DNA of 64,000 bases from an uncultured Flavobacteriaceae bacterium (GTDB taxonomy: Bacteria; Bacteroidota; Bacteroidia; Flavobacteriales; Flavobacteriaceae): the NCBI GenBank assembly GCA_964495935.1, contig CAZBXQ010000005.1, forward strand, positions 3,862-67,861, written 5' to 3'. Below the pieces are notes generated by a model. It was not told where the DNA came from. It was given only the letters and a program-made list of their open reading frames with translations, and did no database searches. The position numbers and the translations under genes are program-made. Position 1 is the first letter of the stretch. Every line of letters begins with the position of its first letter. Positions 27,038 to 36,381 of this stretch are shown here, piece by piece.

Positions 27038-28153
27038 CTAATGATATTCCCAAACGCGTTGTCCCTCTTTATTGATTCTGAACCTATTGTCATTCATTGT
27101 TCTCACAAATGCTAATCCATTGGAAAAGTTATAAACTGTCTGGAATTCCAAAGGGAGAACAATAGCTCCCTTTTTATCTATAAATCCCATTTTTCCGTCT
27201 TTTTTCACTCCCACCAACCCTTCAGAAAACCCATAAAAGACTGGCCCAATATTTGTATTGGCAATAGAATCATATTTAAAAGGTATAACGACTCTTCCTG
27301 TTTCGTCTATAAACCCATATTTCCCGTCCTTGTATACAGCGGCTAATCCCTCGGAAAAAGGGTAAGCCCATTCATATATAAAAGGAATAACAATTCTTCC
27401 TAAATTATCTATAAAACCCCATTTATTTCCCTGTTTCACAGCAATTAACTCCTCCGAAAATTGCCTATTTTTAACTTCCTCAAATTCAAAAGGAATAACT
27501 ACTTCCCCCGTTTTATCTATGAACCCCCACTTATTAGAGTATTTATTCCTCATTGCCGCTAATCCACCTGAAAAATTCCTTTCTCCTATATCATTAAAGT
27601 TAGGATTATAAGTCTTAAATGGAATAACAATACTTCCGGCCTTGTCCAAGTATCCCCATTCCATACCTTTTTTAACGAGTACCAATCCTTCGGAAAAATG
27701 CTCCGTATAGTCATATTTTATAGGAATAACCACTTTTCCAGATTTATCTATAAACCCCCATTTATTATTCTTACTTACTGCTGCTAAGCCTTCAGAAAAA
27801 TAATTTACATCGTCATAAATATAAGGAACAATAATATTTCCTGCTTTATTTATATAACCATATTTCCCGTATCGTTTAACGCCAGCCAATCCCTCATTAA
27901 AAAGCTGAGCCCCATCAAATTTAAAAGGTACTATAACTTTTCCTCTCTCATCAATAAATCCAGCCTTATTACCTTTAAAAACAGGTGTCAAGGACAAATT
28001 TGGGTCAGTATTTATTCTCTTTTGAAAAACACTTATTGGGTAAATATTGTCATGCACGTATTTGACACCAAAAGACAGTAATCCAAAAATCAGAGCCACT
28101 ATACCCCAAATTATTTTCTTTTTACTTCCGGAAGAATTTCTTGTATTACTTAG
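27038..28153 (-). CDS. membrane-anchored WG-repeat (KWG) protein, with its start codon and first 4 codons severed by the IS30 insertion
   Basis: About 12 repeats of the form KWGFIDKxGxxVIPxxY after a TM anchor (IIWGIVALIFGLLSFGV). The frame runs straight into the IS end, and the original ATG can be reconstructed at 29260-29258. Confidence 0.8.
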   Translation of the reverse strand, partial: LSNTRNSSGSKKKIIWGIVALIFGLLSFGVKYVHDNIYPISVFQKRINTDPNLSLTPVFKGNKAGFIDERGKVIVPFKFDGAQLFNEGLAGVKRYGKYGYINKAGNIIVPYIYDDVNYFSEGLAAVSKNNKWGFIDKSGKVVIPIKYDYTEHFSEGLVLVKKGMEWGYLDKAGSIVIPFKTYNPNFNDIGERNFSGGLAAMRNKYSNKWGFIDKTGEVVIPFEFEEVKNRQFSEELIAVKQGNKWGFIDNLGRIVIPFIYEWAYPFSEGLAAVYKDGKYGFIDETGRVVIPFKYDSIANTNIGPVFYGFSEGLVGVKKDGKMGFIDKKGAIVLPLEFQTVYNFSNGLAFVRTMNDNRFRINKEGQRVWEYH

Positions 28154-29244
28154 ATTCAATTGTTAGTGCGAGTATTTAGGAAAATAGGAGACTCCCTTGG
28201 GCGGCCCCGGGGCCGCCCAAGGGAGTCTCCAGAAAAATTCAAATATTTGCATATGCACTACAAACATCTGAACTATGAGCAAAGATATACAATTGAGCAA
28301 ATGCTGCGGCAAGGGATTGCCAAAAATAAAATCGCCAGAACGATAGACGTTCACCAAAGCACACTCTACAGGGAGCTCAAACGAAATAGGCACAAACGAG
28401 GATATACCGCCGGGTATGCTCAGATGGTGGCCGATGAACGACAACAGGACACCCATCACAAGAAGTGCTTCACAGCGTCTATGAAACGCTATATCGTTCA
28501 AAAGCTGGAGACTCTTCAATGCTCTCCTGAGCAGATTGTGGGACTGGCCCAAAAAGAGAATATAGAAATGGTCAGCCATGAACGGATCTATCAGTTTATT
28601 TGGAACGACAAACGACAAGGTGGAGCACTGTATAAAAACCTTAGAAATGCCAGCAGGAAATACAGGAAACGGTACGGGAAAGAGGACGATAGAGGCCAAA
28701 TAAAAGATAAAGTGCCCATTGACGAACGTCCTGAGATCGTTGAAGACAGAAGCCGTATAGGGGACTTTGAGTCGGATTTAATAATTGGCAAGAACCATCA
28801 AGGAGCATTATTAACCATTGTCGATAGACGTTCAGGATTTGTGATCATCGACAAACTGGAAGGCAAGAATGCCCGTCAGGTGACTAAGAAAACCATTAAT
28901 GCTCTGGCTCCCTACAAAGAATGGCTACATACCATTACTAATGACAACGGCAAGGAATTCTCCGAGCACAAACAGATTGCTTCAAAGCTCAACTGTAAAG
29001 TCTTTTTTGCCCATCCCTACTCCTCTTGGGAAAGAGGCACAAATGAAAATACGAATGGCCTTATAAGACAATACTTCCCGAAAGGAACCAAATTCAACGA
29101 TATAAAAACGAGCCAAGTGGTTCAAGTGATGAAGAAATTGAACCATAGACCCCGAAAAAGATTGAACTTCAAAACCCCAATCGAAGAATTTTATCAATAC
29201 ATTTACAAAAATTCAGCCACTTGCACTTGATACTTGAATCCGCC
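28153..29244 (+). mobile_element. IS30-family insertion sequence
   Basis: About 1.09 kb. Imperfect terminal IRs (GATTCAATTGTTAGTGCGAGT / ACTTGCACTTGATACTTGAATC), a flanking TTA(G) duplication at 28150-28153 and 29245-29248, and a single transposase ORF. Confidence 0.85.
28253..29230 (+). CDS. IS30-family transposase
   Basis: The ATG at 28253 gives MHYKHLNYEQRYTIEQ...STLYRELKRN (HTH), followed by a DDE integrase core. The upstream part of ORF 28160 is translated palindrome. Confidence 0.9.
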   Translation: MHYKHLNYEQRYTIEQMLRQGIAKNKIARTIDVHQSTLYRELKRNRHKRGYTAGYAQMVADERQQDTHHKKCFTASMKRYIVQKLETLQCSPEQIVGLAQKENIEMVSHERIYQFIWNDKRQGGALYKNLRNASRKYRKRYGKEDDRGQIKDKVPIDERPEIVEDRSRIGDFESDLIIGKNHQGALLTIVDRRSGFVIIDKLEGKNARQVTKKTINALAPYKEWLHTITNDNGKEFSEHKQIASKLNCKVFFAHPYSSWERGTNENTNGLIRQYFPKGTKFNDIKTSQVVQVMKKLNHRPRKRLNFKTPIEEFYQYIYKNSATCT

Positions 29245-30152
29245 TTAGTTTTATCTTCATTCACTTTTGTCTTTTGATACGAAAAAACATTAACTTTGTG
29301 ATTCATTTTTGAGACCACTGTTTCTTCATCGTTATTTTTTCTAAACAGTGTATCAAAATATTTTAAAGCATTCCTGGCACTTAATCTTTTGTTTGGTTCC
29401 TTTTCTAAACCAGGTTTTAAAATGTTAAGCCAATTCTCCGGAATAGAGTCCAATTCCAAATCTCCCTGAACGATCTTCATCTGTATCTCGAAACCTGAAT
29501 CTTCATCTGTGTTGGAAATGATAGATCGACCCTTTATTAAAGTAGCAAAAGTAACAGTGAGAGAATATATATCAGTCGCTGATGTTACCCGTTTCGGGTC
29601 TCTTATCTGTTCAGGGCTCATATACAAGATCGTTCCTAAACCTTGTCCGGTCATTGTCATTGATATTTCGTGCCTTACTTTTGCAATTCCAAAATCAAGT
29701 ATCTTTATATCACCACTATCTTGTAGAAAAATATTGGAAGGCTTGATATCCCGGTGTATTATCCCTCTATTATGAGTATGCTCTAAGGCACTCAAAGCCT
29801 GTTTCCACCATCTCCCAAATTCGGCATCTGAAAAGCTTCGGCCTTTTGCCTGACTGTGACCGAGTGTTTCTCCCTCAAGGTATTCCATTATAATAAAAGG
29901 AAGTCCCCCATATTCTCCATAATCCAGTACTTGACGAATATTGGGATGGTCTAATTGAATCATCGTTTTTGCTTCTGTTTCAAAGCGGATCTTAACCTGT
30001 TCCTCTTCAACAAACTTAGTATGCATTATCTTGATGGCTGCCTTTCTACCGATAGTATTTTCTGCGTACCACACCTCCGCCATACCGCCTTTACCCAACA
30101 GGTATTTTAAATGATAACCGTGAAGTACTGTATCTCTCATTGTATCTCTCAT
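29169..30152 (-). CDS. Hanks-type Ser/Thr protein kinase (soluble), with an IS-encoded replacement C-terminus
   Basis: GKGGMAEV, AIKIM, HRDIKPSNIF, DFGIAK and SPEQ motifs. The last 24 codons (ADSSIKCKW...RLGF) are read from IS30 DNA. Confidence 0.9.
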   Translation of the reverse strand: MRDTMRDTVLHGYHLKYLLGKGGMAEVWYAENTIGRKAAIKIMHTKFVEEEQVKIRFETEAKTMIQLDHPNIRQVLDYGEYGGLPFIIMEYLEGETLGHSQAKGRSFSDAEFGRWWKQALSALEHTHNRGIIHRDIKPSNIFLQDSGDIKILDFGIAKVRHEISMTMTGQGLGTILYMSPEQIRDPKRVTSATDIYSLTVTFATLIKGRSIISNTDEDSGFEIQMKIVQGDLELDSIPENWLNILKPGLEKEPNKRLSARNALKYFDTLFRKNNDEETVVSKMNHKVNVFSYQKTKVNEDKTKADSSIKCKWLNFCKCIDKILRLGF

Positions 30153-30158
30153 TTGAGT

Positions 30159-31796
30159 TTATGAAGCGCAATCAATTTTATAATTACTCTCAAGATGTTG
30201 TCGAATACATGAAGCTCGTTTGCTGCTATACGGATGGCTTCTAAATAATTCATCAAAATTATTTGCTTTTTTTTCTTTTTGAGACATCCGTCTCCATATC
30301 TGGATGGCTTCACATGGATTAATATTTGCCTTAATCATCATATCTACTCCCAACAGATCTGCCAAAACCTCGTCTTTTTGATTAAAAGGAGTTGTAAAGA
30401 AACCTTCCATCTCCATAATTACATCTGCTAATTCTTGTCCAAACATATTTCCTGTTGCTTGCATTAGTCGTAATTTTCGAGAGATATGCCCCAATTCGTT
30501 ATGTGCTATTTCGTGGCTTATAACTGCGGCCAACTCCCGATCACTTTTTATAAAATCCATCATCCCGCTAAATATATAGATATAGCCTCCAACAGTAAAG
30601 GCGTTAATATCTTCACCCTCGATTTCATAAATTGAATAACTATACTCTGAACGAGGTTTTACATTGATCAACTTTTCCAAAAGGTGATTTAGTCTTATAG
30701 AAGATTTTACGAGGTTTTCGCTACTAAAGGCTTGATGAAACATTCTTCCCTGCTCCATTTCCTCCTCTACGGAAATTTTATTTATGGTAAAATCAATCAT
30801 CTTTTCACGTTGTAACGCGAGCATGTTAACCCATCCCATTTGGCTTTCCTTGTCATTTTCCAAACAAGAAGAATCGAATGTAATATCTTTATACTTTAAA
30901 TCTTTTCTGGGATTTACAAAGCCGACCTCCTGCTCAATAGGAGACTGCGGACCTACCTTATTTTTTGAAGAATTCAAAAAATAGATCATCACAAATAGGG
31001 CGATTAAAAGCAATCCTATTAATGTAAGTAAGAGGCTCCTGTTTTTTAATCTTTGCCTTTCTTTTACACAATGAATTAAGACAATCGTAATATTATCTAT
31101 ACCTCCTTTTTTATTGGCTGTCTCAATTAAATCTTGCCCCGTTTTTTCTAAAGATTCATCCGAAAGAACAATCTCCGTTATTCTATTATCAGGAATCATA
31201 TTTGTTAAGCCATCTGTACAAAGCAAAATATAATCTTCTTCTTGCAACTCCACAGCCTCCAGACAAATGTCTGACTCTACGTCTGGATTAATACCTATAG
31301 CCCGGGTTATTTCATTTTTTCTGGGATGATTTTTAGCCTCCTCTCTCGTAATTAGCTTGCTTTGTACCAATTCTTCCACAAAAGAATGATCTTGTGTAAG
31401 TTGCGAGATTTCCTTATTACGAATAAGATACAATCGGCTGTCCCCAACATGAGCATAAAATAATTTTTTATTTTTCACGATGGCGATAACCAAAGTTGTT
31501 CCCATGCCTTTGCGACCGATTTCCGACAAAGAATATTCATAAACCCTTTTATTAACGGTATCGATACAGTTCTTAAGTAGCCAATATTCCGGCTTTGTTT
31601 GATGAAACCTTATAAAATCTATTGCCGCTTCACAGGCCATCTTAGCGGCAACTTCTCCTTTAGCATGACCTCCCATTCCATCACATAATACGAAGGCAGT
31701 TCCATTTGAGAGTTCCACGGAGCTTGAGTAGTCCTCATTGATAGACCTCTTAAGGCCCCTATCAGTTTTCTGTATATAGATTATTCTATCTTTCAA
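30159..31796 (-). CDS. PP2C phosphatase - TM - M48 zinc metalloprotease fusion protein
   Basis: 545 aa. N-terminal PP2C (CDGMGGH, HVGDSR, CTDGL, GGIDNIT), a TM helix (LLLTLIGLLLIALFVMIYFL) and a C-terminal M48 domain (INAFTVGGYIY, HEIAHNELGH, EVLADLLG, SHPYSSKR). The apparent start codon is TTG. Confidence 0.85.
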   Translation of the reverse strand: MKDRIIYIQKTDRGLKRSINEDYSSSVELSNGTAFVLCDGMGGHAKGEVAAKMACEAAIDFIRFHQTKPEYWLLKNCIDTVNKRVYEYSLSEIGRKGMGTTLVIAIVKNKKLFYAHVGDSRLYLIRNKEISQLTQDHSFVEELVQSKLITREEAKNHPRKNEITRAIGINPDVESDICLEAVELQEEDYILLCTDGLTNMIPDNRITEIVLSDESLEKTGQDLIETANKKGGIDNITIVLIHCVKERQRLKNRSLLLTLIGLLLIALFVMIYFLNSSKNKVGPQSPIEQEVGFVNPRKDLKYKDITFDSSCLENDKESQMGWVNMLALQREKMIDFTINKISVEEEMEQGRMFHQAFSSENLVKSSIRLNHLLEKLINVKPRSEYSYSIYEIEGEDINAFTVGGYIYIFSGMMDFIKSDRELAAVISHEIAHNELGHISRKLRLMQATGNMFGQELADVIMEMEGFFTTPFNQKDEVLADLLGVDMMIKANINPCEAIQIWRRMSQKEKKANNFDELFRSHPYSSKRASCIRQHLESNYKIDCAS

Positions 31797-31827
31797 GACT
31801 TTATAGTTTACTTAAATCAAGTCCTTA

Positions 31828-34056
31828 TTAAATTATTCCCCATCGTCCGTTTTTGTATTCAAGTAAAATATCTTGTGTTTCTTCCGTATCGTCAGCTTCG
31901 GAGGTGCCTATGGATTGGGTCAGAATGATTTGATTATCATCTTTCCATTCAACATTTATTGTATAATCATAATTAATAGTAGATGGTAGAGTCTCTTTTA
32001 TAATCTTGTTATGTTTTTTAGAATAAACTTCAAATTTCTGACCCCTTGTAAGTTCTGCAAGAGCACTATAGAAATCGATAAATTTATTTCCATTAGGAGA
32101 AAATAATGGTTTCGTCCAAGTAATAACCATGTCGCCGGAGTTTTCATCAATCAAATAAAACCAGTAAAAATCTCCCACATCTCCCTCCTGCCCTCGTATC
32201 ATGTAACAATTTATGGATTTGTAATAGTTTTCGAATAGATATCTTAGATTCGAATAGGGATCGCCAATTTGTTTTGTTGAATCATCGAAATTATATCCGT
32301 TTCTAAATGTTATATCATGAGCTGCTTCTATTTTCAAGGCAAGATTTTTTTTATCTCTGGTAACCCAATGCTTATACCTACGAATAGCAAAAGCATCATA
32401 CTTCATTATATATTGGCTATCACTGTAATTTTCATCATTCATCAAACTCTGTTGCCAATTTCCCAACTCATCATCCGTTAAGGGCGGAACATCTTGAATA
32501 GCAAATTTCCTAACCTCGATTATTTCCTCTTTTTTATCAAATTTAAAATATAGATCTGACTTCAATTTATTCTCTTTATTTTCATTTTTTGAAACAAAAG
32601 AATATAAGGTTTCAAGGTAATATTCGTTGGATCTCAGTTTTTTTATCTCTAAGACCCTATTATGTCTTTTGCTAGTCCTTGACCAACTGTCGTGGTAAAG
32701 AGAATATAATTTTTTATAAGTAGGATTTTTTAAACCCCAATAATTTTCTATCTGATTAGATAACAGGTAAGTGATTCTGCTCCAATCCTTTTCATCTTCG
32801 GCTTTTAAAAAGGCCCTGATTTTCTCTATATTCGAAAGTGAGACCAAGTCTTTGAAATCACCAGATTCTTTTATTGCCTTTTGATAAGCTCTACTACTTT
32901 CATCCAAATCTTTTCCCGCAACATCTTTTTCCATTATGGGTTCTACTTGCTCAACCGAGGTAGTTTTATTTTCTTCTTTTGAAGACGATAAATCAAAAAA
33001 TAACACACCTATCAATATAAGTATCACTACTATTAAGGATACACCAATGAATCTTCCAATTCCCTTTTCCTTATTTATCTTATTCTCCTCTTCGTAGTTT
33101 TTATATCTCTTATCAATAATATTGATATCAATATCGCTGGAAGGCTCCTTTCCACTATTCTTTGAGTTTCTCGTTTTATCAGTGGGGGCTGTTATGATGG
33201 TTTTATCTCCTGCTAAATTTATAGTCTTGTCTGTAGTTAAGTCAGCCTTCTTTTCGGGGATAAAACTTGCTTGATCGGTAGTAAGGAATCTGTTCAAATC
33301 TTTTAACCGTTCATCGACATTCTTAGCCGTGGCTTCTTGAATTACTTGATCCCATTTAGTAGAAGTCAGAGGCAGAGGTTCTTTGACTATCTTAACTTGG
33401 AGATCAAAAGTAGATAATGTATTCATATCATAGGGCCTTTTGCCACTAACCATTTCCCAAAGGATAACACCAAGGCTATAAACATCAGAAGCTTGGGTTA
33501 GTCCCTTTAAACTCCTTACTTGCTCCGGGCTCATATACATGGGGGTACCCATAACCATTTTAGTTACAGTTTCTGTATAGTCGCTATTCTGCATGGAATT
33601 GTCTTTAGATATTCCAAAATCGGTAAGCTTTAACCGCCCATCATTATTGAAAATAAAATTAGACGGTTTCAAATCCCTATGTATTAATCCTTTCGAATGG
33701 ATGTATCTAACGGCTTCAACCATTTGAGTGAGATTTGACCCTATCTCATTATCATTCAATTTCCGTTTTAATAATGCATCTTTAAGGGTTTTTCCATCAA
33801 GATATTCCATTATAAAGAATGCTTTATCTTGATTTACAGATATATCCATTACGGTAACCACGTTGGGATGGTTAATTTGGGCCATTTTTTTAGCTTCCTC
33901 TATAAATCGGCCTCGAATATTTTCATTGTTTACAAACTCTTTGTTCAGTACCTTTACGGCTACCTTAGTTCCCAAAATCTTGTGCTTCGCAAGATATACG
34001 GTTGCCATCCCACCTTTCCCCAGCTCTTTTATAGCCCTATAATTATGAAAATCCAC
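31828..34056 (-). CDS. membrane Ser/Thr protein kinase with a large extracytoplasmic C-terminal domain of unknown family
   Basis: 742 aa. GKGGMATV, AVKVL, HRDLKPSNF, DFGISK and SPEQ motifs, a TM helix (FIGVSLIVVILILIGVLFF), then about 370 aa. Confidence 0.9.
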   Translation of the reverse strand: MDFHNYRAIKELGKGGMATVYLAKHKILGTKVAVKVLNKEFVNNENIRGRFIEEAKKMAQINHPNVVTVMDISVNQDKAFFIMEYLDGKTLKDALLKRKLNDNEIGSNLTQMVEAVRYIHSKGLIHRDLKPSNFIFNNDGRLKLTDFGISKDNSMQNSDYTETVTKMVMGTPMYMSPEQVRSLKGLTQASDVYSLGVILWEMVSGKRPYDMNTLSTFDLQVKIVKEPLPLTSTKWDQVIQEATAKNVDERLKDLNRFLTTDQASFIPEKKADLTTDKTINLAGDKTIITAPTDKTRNSKNSGKEPSSDIDINIIDKRYKNYEEENKINKEKGIGRFIGVSLIVVILILIGVLFFDLSSSKEENKTTSVEQVEPIMEKDVAGKDLDESSRAYQKAIKESGDFKDLVSLSNIEKIRAFLKAEDEKDWSRITYLLSNQIENYWGLKNPTYKKLYSLYHDSWSRTSKRHNRVLEIKKLRSNEYYLETLYSFVSKNENKENKLKSDLYFKFDKKEEIIEVRKFAIQDVPPLTDDELGNWQQSLMNDENYSDSQYIMKYDAFAIRRYKHWVTRDKKNLALKIEAAHDITFRNGYNFDDSTKQIGDPYSNLRYLFENYYKSINCYMIRGQEGDVGDFYWFYLIDENSGDMVITWTKPLFSPNGNKFIDFYSALAELTRGQKFEVYSKKHNKIIKETLPSTINYDYTINVEWKDDNQIILTQSIGTSEADDTEETQDILLEYKNGRWGII

Positions 34057-34083
34057 AGTCAGCTTTATTATGGTTTAATATCA

Positions 34084-36381
34084 TTATCGAGTCATTTTTA
34101 TTAAGAAGTGATAGGTAATGAATATTAATAGTACTCCTAAACCCATCAGCATAAGAAAGTCCAATAAAAATGTATAGCTTAAATTATTGAAAATATCATC
34201 GTAAATTTCATGGTATTGAGCCTTTAAAAATTCAACTGGACCGATATTTTCTTTCAATTGCGTGTAAGCAAACTCGTCATTTTGTATTTTAATAGGTAAG
34301 CCTTCCTCATTTATTTGAATTCTTCTGATATTATTTCTAATACTTTTTTGGATATGAGCCAATCCCTCAACTCCCCACCTGGAAAAAGTAAAATAGCTTA
34401 AAAACTCTACAACACCACTCTGAATTTTAGTGATCACTCCGGAAAGCATCAATTGAGGGATTAGGATTATAGGGATTAATGATAAAACTTTATCTGAAGT
34501 TTTCATGGCAGCGCTAACTAATAGCCCCATAATAGCCGCGATCAAATTGATTAACCACAGCCATGAAAATACTGCCAAAAAATCTCTTAGGGGGTTTCTT
34601 GTTTCCATATATGCAATGGATATGATGCCGGTAAAGAGTATACTTTGCACCCCTCCCAATAAGAATAAAGATATAAGTTTTGAGGACAAATAACTGCCTA
34701 TATATAGGTTATATAATCGCTCCCTAATAAAAATAACCCTTTCTTTTACAACTTCTCTCGCAGCATTGTTAACTCCAAACCAAATAGAAGATACCACCAT
34801 CATAAATAAGACTCCCATATCAAGGTCGTTAAAAATAAAAACGATTAGAAGTGCAATGACCGGGGCTTGTCCTATTACTAACCCTGTGTTCATCTTGTCA
34901 TTCTCCTTAATTTTCAGGTTGCGTTTTGTTAACCAAAAGAATTGCCTAAAACCATTGACCTGAGAGGTTCTCTGTGCATATCTCTTTTTTCTCTCGCCAA
35001 GAATTTGACCTTGCCTTTCCATTGTCCACTGTTGAGATTGTCCTCCTGTTAATTCATTATAGACTTCAATAGCCGAGTTTACCCCGAAATATTGTAGATA
35101 ATTTTTTGTACTTCCCTTATAGGCTAAATTACCTTTCTCGGTAAGGAAAATTACCTCGTCCATAAATTGCAGGTCTTCCGGCTTATGGGTAACCATAATT
35201 ATAGTAGTACCAGAGTCCACCAAATCTTTTAATATGGACATAAAGCCTTCGATGGATTGTGGATCTAAAGGTGAGGTGGGTTCATCCAAAAGAAGTAATA
35301 GAGGTTCAGAAAGTAATTCTATGGCGATGCAAACTCGCTTTCTCTGCCCTCCACTAATATCTTGATTGAGGTTATTTCTAACAGATTTTATTTTAAGTTT
35401 ACTAAGTAAAAATTCTATCCTGCCTAATATTTTGGATTTGGATAAATGCTCGAGACGCAACATTGCGGCATAATACAAAGATTGATATACTGTTAATTGT
35501 GGATGTACTATGTCGTCTTGTGGCACATAACCAATGTTACTTTTGAAATAATCGTAGTATTCGTTTAATTCTAAGTCGAATAGGGAAACTCTTCCTGTAG
35601 AATTAGGAACCATCCCATTCATTATTTTCAATAATGTTGATTTTCCACATCCCGAAGGACCCATTATGGCGGTCAAGGTTTTGGGAAACACCTCTAATGA
35701 AAGTGGTTTTATAACAGTTTTGCGTTCATAATTCTTAGATACTCTTTCTAAACGAACTACCGTTCGATCATCTAATTTCCTGTACTCTCCAAATACGTTC
35801 ATCACGAAGTTTCCGATCAGAAATTCGGAAGTAATATCAAGAGTAACCCTTTGTATTCTTTCTCCTTTATAAAAGGTTCCGTTTGTTGAATTTAGATCTT
35901 CAAGTTTGAAATGCTCTTTATCAACTTGTTTTAACCGAGCATGTTTGCGACTGATACTTGGTTCTTTAATTACAATATCGCAGGACTCATCTCTGCCAAT
36001 CAATAGGGCTTTGTACTTGGAACTAGGCTCTGGATCCGTCTTCTTTGAATCCGGTTTTATGCCTATGAGTAATTTTGATCGGGCATCGGAAAAAAGAATT
36101 TCGTCCCCGTTTCCAAGTAAAACAGATTTCTCCTTATCGATTTTTAGCCCATTAACAAAAGTGCCATTGCTACTTCCCAAATCTTTAAGCTCCAAACCTT
36201 TTTTACTCAACTGGATAGAGGCATGCCTACGCGATATTCCGGGGGATTCAAATATAATTTCATTGCCCTTTTTTCTACCTATATAAAGTTGGTCGCCGGG
36301 AAGGATTTTAACTTCTCTAATCACCTCATCATTCTCAAAAAAAGAAAGTGTAGTGCTATTTTGTAAAACTGTACCAGACAT
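34084..36381 (-). CDS. FHA-FHA-ABC transporter (ATPase plus ABC-2 type permease in one polypeptide)
   Basis: Two FHA cores (IGRKKG..SRRHASI..SSNGTFVNG; IGRDES..SRKHARL..STNGTFYKG). Walker A GPSGCGKST, signature ISGGQRKR, Walker B LLLLDEPTS, and 6 C-terminal TM helices. Start taken as the ATG one codon inside the TTG of the track ORF. Confidence 0.9.
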   Translation of the reverse strand: MSGTVLQNSTTLSFFENDEVIREVKILPGDQLYIGRKKGNEIIFESPGISRRHASIQLSKKGLELKDLGSSNGTFVNGLKIDKEKSVLLGNGDEILFSDARSKLLIGIKPDSKKTDPEPSSKYKALLIGRDESCDIVIKEPSISRKHARLKQVDKEHFKLEDLNSTNGTFYKGERIQRVTLDITSEFLIGNFVMNVFGEYRKLDDRTVVRLERVSKNYERKTVIKPLSLEVFPKTLTAIMGPSGCGKSTLLKIMNGMVPNSTGRVSLFDLELNEYYDYFKSNIGYVPQDDIVHPQLTVYQSLYYAAMLRLEHLSKSKILGRIEFLLSKLKIKSVRNNLNQDISGGQRKRVCIAIELLSEPLLLLLDEPTSPLDPQSIEGFMSILKDLVDSGTTIIMVTHKPEDLQFMDEVIFLTEKGNLAYKGSTKNYLQYFGVNSAIEVYNELTGGQSQQWTMERQGQILGERKKRYAQRTSQVNGFRQFFWLTKRNLKIKENDKMNTGLVIGQAPVIALLIVFIFNDLDMGVLFMMVVSSIWFGVNNAAREVVKERVIFIRERLYNLYIGSYLSSKLISLFLLGGVQSILFTGIISIAYMETRNPLRDFLAVFSWLWLINLIAAIMGLLVSAAMKTSDKVLSLIPIILIPQLMLSGVITKIQSGVVEFLSYFTFSRWGVEGLAHIQKSIRNNIRRIQINEEGLPIKIQNDEFAYTQLKENIGPVEFLKAQYHEIYDDIFNNLSYTFLLDFLMLMGLGVLLIFITYHFLIKMTR

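Noticed and set aside
26838-27053. 71-aa minus-strand ORF overlapping the 3' end of the WG-repeat gene by 16 nt
   Set aside because: No motif was recognised. It could be a real small operon-terminal gene, but there is not enough support to call it.
30129-30152. 12-nt tandem duplication ATGAGAGATACA x2 at the start of the small kinase (MRDTMRDT)
   Set aside because: It is real in the sequence but trivial. It only creates two equivalent start codons and has no further structure.
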